DNA of 14,551 nt, filler included, from an uncultured Planctomycetales bacterium (lineage in GTDB: Bacteria; Omnitrophota; Gorgyraeia; Gygaellales; Profunditerraquicolaceae), in assembly GCA_964487475.1 (NCBI GenBank). It is 6 parts of 6 records of this genome, joined end to end, with 100 filler letters (N's around TTAATTAATTAA, not from the genome) between each part and the next. Parts side by side here need not be neighbours in the genome. Positions count along the whole stretch, not along the records: positions 7,927 to 10,209 come from CAZAPM010000034.1; positions 10,310 to 12,493 come from CAZAPM010000035.1; positions 12,594 to 14,551 come from CAZAPM010000036.1; 3 more parts are not named here. One strand, given 5' to 3'. Both the position numbers and the translations under genes were made by a program. The notes beneath the pieces were generated by a model that was not told the origin of the DNA, did no database searches, and saw nothing but the letters and a program-made list of their open reading frames with translations. Positions 7,927 through 14,551 of this stretch are shown one piece after another. Each line of letters begins with the position of its first letter. Position 1 is the first letter of the stretch.

Positions 7927-10209
7927 CATTATCCAGAGCGCGCAGCTCTTCAAAGCTGTACTTGTTGCCCTGCATGGGCTTCTTATCCCACGCCTTGGCA
8001 TCGGTACCAAAAGGCACCACCGCCTCGATATGCTCCGTGCGGAAGATATCCGCATAACAGGTCTGCGGCCTGGCGGAGATATCCTGACGCACGGCATTGT
8101 AGACGATCGCCCATCCTCCCTCAAGCGTCTGTACCGCGCTATCCTGCACATAAAGATATTCGATATCCGCCCTGCCCAGGAGGCTTGCGCTTACCGCGCT
8201 GTTGACCACCAGGCTCTCCGTGCCGACCGAAGAATCCTGGATCAGGGACCTGCGGACATACACCCCGCCGACCTCGACTCCCTTGCGCACCATCTCCCAG
8301 GTGATCTCGGTATTCGTATCCTGGCGCACGCCCCTGGCATCAACGAATACATCTCCCAGCCAGCTGTTCGCGACAGGATGCGTAATACCGCGGAAGGCGC
8401 GCAGGTACTGCGCTTCCTGCTTCTGCACGTCGGTCGCCGCAAGGACCACGATCTGTCCGACCGCGTCGATATAGATAAAGGTACCCAGCATATCCGCCAT
8501 GATCTGCATCTTCTCCGCGTAATTCTCGTCAGGACGGCGGTTCCTGACCCAAAGGATATTCTGGCCGATAGTATACATCCCCACCCAAGCCGCGAATCCT
8601 TTGAACTGCTCCTTATACGCCTCATAGAACCGGACGATCTGCGGGATCCGCGCTTCAAGTTCTTTTCTCAGTTTTTCCTGCTTCTTGGCATCCTTCTCCA
8701 TAGCCGCCAGCACATCGATAGTTTTTGCCTGCGCCTCTTCCACGCCCTGAGTTGCCCTTAACTGGGTATAGATCAAAAGCGGCTGTATGACATCAGGCGC
8801 TTCCAGCTGGATGGTAACCTTTTGTGCACGCGTATCGATCTGAGCTTTGAAGTGCTGCCACAAGGCATTGACCAGCTCATGACGCAGCCTGTGGGAGCCG
8901 CAGGAGTACGCGGCGGAAAGGGTCGTGCCGAAGGCCTCTCCCTGCTTGGCGATACCTTCCACCAGGGTCTTGGAATCCTTGAAGCTGCCCTTGGGCATGT
9001 TCACCCGCACCGTGCCCTGAGGATCGGCCAGGTAGATGCCTAAGTCGCGCAGGTCTTCCGGACGGGCGGTCTTGGGATCGATACCCACCACGAACTTGGT
9101 TAAGACGGTCGGGATCGCCACTGCCGGACGGTGGCCGGTGATCGTGCGGCTGCCGAACACCGCATTGAAGGTCGCATCGTGCAGCTTGACCACTTCCGGA
9201 TCGGAGGAGGTGACGATGATCACGTCATACCCGTCATACTCCTTGTCGGACTCCATGAACTTGCGGTACTCATCCAGCTTCAGGTCCTTGTTGAAGTACA
9301 TCTGGGAGACGTAGTGCACGTCAACCACTTCGGGAGTGGTGGCATAAATGCTGTTCTGGATGGCTACCGCCAATATTAAGGTAAGGGGTACTTCGCGGCC
9401 GTCAGTGGTCTTGATCTGGCCCATGATGCGCAGGTCAGCGCGGGTGCCGTTCTGGCTCTGGGACAGAGGCGAGCAGCGCTTGGCAGATCCGGCGTCATGG
9501 TACACTGCGATGCGCACCTTGTTCTGCGCGATTAACCCGGCCAGATCGATACCGCGCTCCGCTGCCTGCTGCTTGGCCAGCTCCAGCGCGAAAGGCGTGG
9601 CGATCAGCGAACCGCAATGCGTGTCTTCTTCCCAATCAGGGAGGTGGACCGAAAGGATCAACGGCTGCCTTATGACCGGCATCTCGAAAGTCTCGGCCTT
9701 GATCACTGCGCTAAAGAGACCGCTTAACCGCGCGTAATCCACTTCAACGAGATCTTTGACCACCAGGTCGGCCTTAGCTAGCAGACCCGCGTCCTCGCGG
9801 TCGATGCCCACGGTACGGAAGTTGCCTGCCTTGGCCGCCCCCACCCCGTCCTTGGCATCTTCGAAGACCACGCACTCTTCAATCCTCAACCCAAGACGGT
9901 ACGCCGCGAACAGGAAGATCTCCGGATACGGCTTGCCCTTGTTCTTCGGCAGGTGCCCGTCCCCTTCGTTCTCGATCACGATGGTGGTAGCGTCCGCAGC
10001 CTTGCCCACCTTCGCTCTCAGGGCCGCCTGCGCCGCCGCATCCTTATCCTTGATCTCCTCAGGGTTACGCTTCGGGTTGAACATGTTCACGTTAGGAAGC
10101 CTCAAGAGCCTGAAGGCATTGGTCGAGCTCGAAGCCGTAGAAACCCTGATCCCCTGCTTCTTCAGCTCGCGGATCAATGCCAGCGTGGTAGGATATACGC
10201 CTATCTGCT
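7927..10209 (-). CDS. Internal fragment of a large repetitive protein (no start, no stop): C-terminal half of a beta-PGM-like HAD domain followed by a divergent sugar-1-phosphate nucleotidyltransferase-like module with beta-helix-like tail
   Basis: Frame open from 10207 (QIGVYPTTLALIRELKKQGIRVSTASSSTN). HAD motifs GKPYPEIF and VVFEDAKDGVGAAKAG. Then RIAVYHDAGSAKRCSPLS (nucleotidyltransferase Gly-loop-like) and a Ser/Val/Ile-rich tail VRRSLIQDSSVGTESLVVNSAVSAS homologous to the start of the contig 3 frame. Confidence 0.85.
9583..9637. repeat. Exact 55-nt repeat, internal copy
   Basis: Identical to 5476-5530; encodes DWEEDTHCGSLIATPFAL on the minus strand. Confidence 0.95.
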
Positions 10210-10309
10210 NNNNNNNNNNNNNNNNNNNNNNNNNNNNNNNNNNNNNNNNNNNNTTAATTAATTAANNNNNNNNNNNNNNNNNNNNNNNNNNNNNNNNNNN
10301 NNNNNNNNN
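10210..10309. other. Artificial contig-joining spacer
   Basis: 44 N + TTAATTAATTAA + 44 N. Confidence 0.98.
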
Positions 10310-10571
10310 GCGGCCAGAGCGCATAGAGCGCCGCCACCGGGTACAGGATGAATGAGGTATGCTCGAGGAAATATCCGCCATGGATGGAACTGAAGGCGCC
10401 GTTTCCGTGCGCCATATTCCATAACATCTGGTTATACGAAGCGATGTCCTCCCAGGAATCCGAAAAGAACGTACGGTATCGCAGGATGCACAACGCGGTG
10501 AACACCACGGAATACACCAGGACCCCGATAATGACGGGCCAGAGTCGTTTTGCCAACGTCAGGACGCTCAT
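10310..10571 (-). CDS. DUF2079-like membrane protein (putative GT-C glycosyltransferase), N-terminal fragment
   Basis: ATG 13 nt after the rSAM stop. One TM helix, then EDIASYNQMLWNMAHG...FLEHTSFILYPVAALYALWP, matching the DUF2079 N-terminal pattern D..f.Q..wn...G...H.s.il...a.ly.l.p as I recall it. Confidence 0.7.
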
Positions 10572-10584
10572 CGCACTCTCACAC

Positions 10585-11559
10585 TTATCCGATCTTCACG
10601 CAGTTGCACATCGCGGGAATGTCCCCGTTAAGCACATAGTTGAACTCCACGCGGTGCGCGCACCAGCAGAAATCGCACGACACCGGCTGGATGTTCTCGA
10701 AGGATCTCTTGAACCCGTCCTTCCTCACGTTACCCGCGGGCCGCGTACCGTTGGCCCGGCCGCATATCTTCACGTCCCCGTTCGCGTCGATACGGCAGAA
10801 CAACCTCCCGCCCCAACAGGTCATCGGCGGATGCCTATCCGGCCAATAGCTCAAATGCCGCAAGCCGGAGATGGAGTTGCCGATGAATCTCTCGCTTTTT
10901 TTAGCGGCGATCAGGCCGCGGATGAACTCCCGGTACTCGTCTTCCAGGTGCACGTATGGGTTCATGCCCGGCCCCCGCAGGGTCTTGAACTCGCCCGGCT
11001 GGAAATACATCAGGCTTCGGTATTGACGGGCGATCTTCAGGAAAAAAGCGAGATGCGCCACGTTGAATTTCGAAAGCGTGATGAAAAAGGAAACCCGCAC
11101 CCCTGCGGCCTGTGCCGCTTCCACGGCATTGACCACGGCACGGAACGAACCCTTCCCCCGCACTGAATCATGGATCTCCTCCGGCCCGTCAAGGCTGATA
11201 TTGATGACATCGACCGGACGCAGATCCCTGATCCTGCCAGGCACAAGCGACCCGTTCGAATTCACCGAGGTGACCATCCCACGGGCCCTGCAATACGCCA
11301 GTATCTCACCCAGATCATTACGCAATAGCGGTTCCCCTCCGGTAAAAGATATCTTCCTGGCTCCCTGCTGCGCAAGCTCCCCGACAACGCCGAGCACCTC
11401 GCGGGTAGAGAGTTCGCCGCTGTCCCCCTGAGGAGGATTACAATAGGCGCAGTGGTAATTACACCGGTTGGTGATGATCCAGCTCACGAACAGAGGGATC
11501 CTATTACTGCCGAACTTCGACCTTAAAAGCGCCCAGGCTATGGATGCCTTCTTCATCAT
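10585..11559 (-). CDS. Radical SAM protein with C-terminal SPASM/twitch-type auxiliary Fe-S domain
   Basis: CNYHCAYC (CxxxCxxC), SFTGGEPLLR, NSNG, ISLDGPEEIHDSVRG; C-terminal CWGG...IDANGDVKIC...GNV...CDFCWC. Start overlaps the upstream stop (ATGA). Confidence 0.9.
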   Translation of the reverse strand: MMKKASIAWALLRSKFGSNRIPLFVSWIITNRCNYHCAYCNPPQGDSGELSTREVLGVVGELAQQGARKISFTGGEPLLRNDLGEILAYCRARGMVTSVNSNGSLVPGRIRDLRPVDVINISLDGPEEIHDSVRGKGSFRAVVNAVEAAQAAGVRVSFFITLSKFNVAHLAFFLKIARQYRSLMYFQPGEFKTLRGPGMNPYVHLEDEYREFIRGLIAAKKSERFIGNSISGLRHLSYWPDRHPPMTCWGGRLFCRIDANGDVKICGRANGTRPAGNVRKDGFKRSFENIQPVSCDFCWCAHRVEFNYVLNGDIPAMCNCVKIG

Positions 11560-12493
11560 GACCCGTCACCTGTCCCCTTCTTCCTCCTGAGCAGAATAAA
11601 ATCCCCTTCCCTGGCGGCATACTCGAAAACCCCTTCGCGCACGAATCCCTCTGCGATCTGAGCGGACTCAAAATTATTGAAATCATTCATGGAAGAACCG
11701 TTCTCCACCGATCTGGTCCGCAAAAGCATGTACTCCACTTCCCGGCATACCGAACCGTCCCGGCGAGCCTGCTGGTCGGCGCGCAGACGGTTATCGTCAT
11801 CGGATTTAACCTCGTAAAGCGTATTGCGGTGAGAAAGCTGCGGCAGCAGGTCGCCGCTGGCACAGACCGACGCCCTCTCGGGGATAGCGGAGATCAGCTT
11901 CCAGGCGATCCGGTCCTGGTCGTCCTGCCGGTAAAAAACCGGATGGAACACGTTGCGCACTCCGACGAACCGGTGATCGAAGATATTCTCCGCTTCGAGC
12001 ACGGCGCCGTAGCGCGTGTATCCGAAATTCGAGAGGAATACAACCGAAAAAACGAAGGTCAAAAAAGGTTTTCTGGCCCACTCCCGGCCGGGATGGCGGA
12101 AAAACTCCAGACATCGGCTCAACCCGAACACCGCGGCCACCGCCAGGCACGGTAATAAGGGGGCCAGGAGATGCCCGCATCCGATCCGCACCATCTCTTT
12201 TTGCAGCACGATGATAAAGAAGGACGGCAACCCCAGCACCATGACCAGCGGCGAGAAGAGCGGCAGGAAAAAGAAAGGCAGCCCCATAGCCTGCCAGAGG
12301 TATCCGCTGCCTTCAACTACCCTTGCCCAAGCTTCTCCAAGCGACGGAAAATGTAACGCGCCGGAATACCCGTGAGGCAAAGGTTGAGCTCCTGCTGAAA
12401 AATAACGGTGTACATAGTCCATGAAAAGACCGGTAGTGTACCCCATCGCCGGCAGGATCACCTGGTAGGAGAGCACGAACCACGCCCCTCCCA
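11556..12493 (-). CDS. DUF2079-like membrane protein (putative GT-C glycosyltransferase), C-terminal fragment (5'-truncated)
   Basis: Frame open to the contig end (GGAWFVLSYQVILP). Several hydrophobic helices, FFFLPLFSP, HLLAPLLP and IPERASVCASGDLLPQLSHRNTLY, like the DUF2079 C-terminal IP..asV.a...l.p.LshR..ly. Confidence 0.7.
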
Positions 12494-12593
12494 NNNNNNN
12501 NNNNNNNNNNNNNNNNNNNNNNNNNNNNNNNNNNNNNTTAATTAATTAANNNNNNNNNNNNNNNNNNNNNNNNNNNNNNNNNNNNNNNNNNNN
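12494..12593. other. Artificial contig-joining spacer
   Basis: 44 N + TTAATTAATTAA + 44 N. Confidence 0.98.
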
Positions 12594-14551
12594 CTGCGTT
12601 GGGCAGCGGGCGCGAACGCTGGTGCGCTGACCTTCACCCCCGAAGAGGTTTTGGATATGGAGGCTTTAAAGACGGCTTCTCCTGCGGAGCATTCCCGCGT
12701 GGAAGCTGCGGCAAAAACGTATCGTCTGGGCAGGGAAGCTGCTTCCGAACATGCCGTTACCGCGGAAGAGGTCGCGCTGGGATATGCGTACGCGGTCGAG
12801 AGGATGAAAGCGACCGCGGGTGAAGATCTTATTGCGGATGAGAAGGATGCGCTGATGGTCCTGGCTTCGATCAACGTGACCGCGCGTAACGGCCTGGTGT
12901 ATGTCAACGGTACGCCGGTGTCCATGAACGCGCTGTACTCCGATGATGTTGCCGATACCCTGGTTGAGTTGGCGCTGGAGAAGCCCGCGGTAAGGGCGTT
13001 CTTCAAGGCCCAGCAGCGCCGTATCCTGATCGAAGCCGCTGCGGTTGACACCCTGACTGCAGAGAACCGCGCGCGGGTCAAGGCGAAACTGGCACGGGAT
13101 GTCAATACCACGGCGGTGATTGTGCTGGCCGGCGGCGTGCGCGGCGCGCTGCACCCTGCGGTCGAGCCGGCTATCATGGAAGCGCTTGAGGCCGAGTTTG
13201 AGGTTGATGCCGGGATCGAGACGGGTATGGTTGCGGATAATGTCGTAGCCAGATGGAATGTCGAGCTTAAAGATATGGTCGAAGACCTGCGTGAAGAGAA
13301 GAAAGACAGGGCCGAGGATGCGGTGATAGAAGAGGGCCTGGCGCTTCTGGCAGCCGGCCGCGGCGAGTTCTTCAAGCAGTGGATCAATACGTTGCCTGCG
13401 AAGTCCAAGGGGGCGAAAGCTTTGAAGTACGCCTTTACCTATTATAGCGGTAACAGCCGGGTAGTGGGGATCAGGGCGAAGGGTGCGGGTGACCTTTTGA
13501 CCCAGCTTAAGACGAAATTTGCCGGGCAGCTGGCTTTCATTGCCGCGGCTGCGGAAAAACAGGTAAGCGAGCTGACGGCGCAGGATATCGTTGCGGTGGG
13601 AGTGGTCGGCGTTGGTCCTCTGGATAAAGCGAACGGCCTGCGCGCGCTTATCCGGAATTCCCTGATGGAGAAGAAGGAAGAGGATGGGATCGGGTTTGCG
13701 CTGGATGAGGCCAAGAAGAAGCCGTTTGAGATCGATGAGACGGGATTCAATGCGATCGCGCTGGGCGTCTTCGCGCCGTTCGCAAAGAATATGAACGGAT
13801 TGGCGGATTCTCTCACTGCTGAGGAGATGGGGGTTATCAGTGTCGATCAGGATGCTGCTAATCTCCGCAGGAAGATCCGGGAGACTGACATTCCGTTGAT
13901 CCCGGGTAATGAGCCTGTTGCATTGCTGTTCACGATGATTGAGGCGATGGGTGCAGAGGTGAATGTTCATCATGCAAGCGCGGTGTATCAGGCTCTGCGC
14001 GCTGCCGTGGATGCAGAAGGGTATATGGGTATCAGGGCAGTGGAAAGAGCGGTCCGTTTAGGCGGCCTGGTCGAAGTCATCCCTGAGTTAGGCGAGTTGG
14101 CCCGCGTTTCTTACACCGGAGAACTGCATGGCCGCGTGAACATGCTCGAGCATTCCCTGAACGCCCTGCGCATGGTCGGGCACCTGGAAGCGGCTGCGCC
14201 TTTCGTGAACGAGACCGGAGTGACCGATCCGGATCGTTTCGCGCTGGTGCAGGAGTTGATGAAGGAAGAGCTTCCGGCGCTTAAGGATCTCAAGGTCGAA
14301 CATTTCATCCGTATGGTCATGACCTTCAAGCAGGCATGTGCCTTGAAGCTGACTACCGCGGGCCGGGAGCATGACGGCCGCCTCTTCTTCTTCCTGGCGG
14401 TGCTGCTGCACGACATCGGCAAGACCGTGTGCATGACCCAGCATTATACGATGGGCAAGATCCTGGCGGAAAGGGTGTTCCTGCGCTTAGGCTTCAACGC
14501 CGAGGATGCGTTCCTGGCCGGTTTCCTGGTGGCAAATCATAGCTTGTATCA
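12594..14551 (+). CDS. Internal fragment of a large protein (no start or stop in window, >=652 aa): Ala/Glu-rich helical region followed by a GlnD/CCA-type HD phosphohydrolase domain
   Basis: Manual translation from 12594 (LRWAAGANAGALTFTPEEV...) has no stop to the window end and is absent from the ORF track. From 14061: GGLVEVIPELGEL...H...MLEHSLNAL...FLAVLLHDIGK (HD at 14409-14414)...QHYTMG...RLGF...FLVANH. Confidence 0.85.
   Translation, partial: MRWAAGANAGALTFTPEEVLDMEALKTASPAEHSRVEAAAKTYRLGREAASEHAVTAEEVALGYAYAVERMKATAGEDLIADEKDALMVLASINVTARNGLVYVNGTPVSMNALYSDDVADTLVELALEKPAVRAFFKAQQRRILIEAAAVDTLTAENRARVKAKLARDVNTTAVIVLAGGVRGALHPAVEPAIMEALEAEFEVDAGIETGMVADNVVARWNVELKDMVEDLREEKKDRAEDAVIEEGLALLAAGRGEFFKQWINTLPAKSKGAKALKYAFTYYSGNSRVVGIRAKGAGDLLTQLKTKFAGQLAFIAAAAEKQVSELTAQDIVAVGVVGVGPLDKANGLRALIRNSLMEKKEEDGIGFALDEAKKKPFEIDETGFNAIALGVFAPFAKNMNGLADSLTAEEMGVISVDQDAANLRRKIRETDIPLIPGNEPVALLFTMIEAMGAEVNVHHASAVYQALRAAVDAEGYMGIRAVERAVRLGGLVEVIPELGELARVSYTGELHGRVNMLEHSLNALRMVGHLEAAAPFVNETGVTDPDRFALVQELMKEELPALKDLKVEHFIRMVMTFKQACALKLTTAGREHDGRLFFFLAVLLHDIGKTVCMTQHYTMGKILAERVFLRLGFNAEDAFLAGFLVANHSLY

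Noticed and set aside
2947..12549. Five regularly spaced TTAATTAATTAA palindromes as a biological repeat or CRISPR-like array
   Set aside because: Each is centred in an identical 100-nt N spacer and is a six-frame stop linker; the X...LIN ends in the ORF track are artefacts of it.
13113..13157. AVIVLAGGVRGALHP resembling the NTP-transferase LAGGxGxRLxP loop
   Set aside because: Lacks the Gly/Arg spacing and downstream KP, and the surrounding sequence looks all-helical; probably coincidental.
12666..13973. 435-aa minus-strand ORF (also 12542-13408, 13442-13816, 14088-14444)
   Set aside because: Antisense shadows of the continuous plus-strand frame carrying the HD domain; no motifs.
1..14551. 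Treating ATPases, large secreted protein, HAD repeats and rSAM cluster as one gene cluster
   Set aside because: They are on separate contigs; only contigs 3 and 4 have sequence evidence of linkage.
14061..14551. Calling the contig 6 gene glnD or cca
   Set aside because: Only the HD domain resembles them; no GGYGR/DxD nucleotidyltransferase motif or ACT domain is visible.

Overview
The window is six unrelated assembly contigs joined by identical 100-nt artificial spacers (44 N + TTAATTAATTAA + 44 N), so genes either side of a spacer are not biological neighbours. Contig 1 (1-2902, +): two tandem PilB/GspE-family ATPases and an aspartate-less pseudo-receiver protein, with a probable internal promoter inside the second ATPase. 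Contig 2 (3003-5375, -): N-terminal ~755 aa of a large signal-peptide protein with a conserved 'FWVNLRPD...GRILLEAD..LKK' domain, a repeated GGPG motif and a GNAT-like domain. Contigs 3 and 4 (5476-7826 and 7927-10209, -): frames open end to end, built from repeated beta-phosphoglucomutase-like HAD domains alternating with a divergent sugar-1-phosphate nucleotidyltransferase-like/beta-helix module. An exact 55-nt overlap at the end of contig 3 suggests these are pieces of one repetitive giant gene. Contig 5 (10310-12493, -): DUF2079-like / radical SAM / DUF2079-like cluster. Contig 6 (12594-14551, +): a >650-codon frame missed by the ORF track, ending in a GlnD/CCA-type HD domain. The combination resembles a fragmented Candidatus Omnitrophota-type genome bin with giant multidomain proteins (inference, not verified). 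No RNA genes, CRISPR arrays or mobile elements were recognised.
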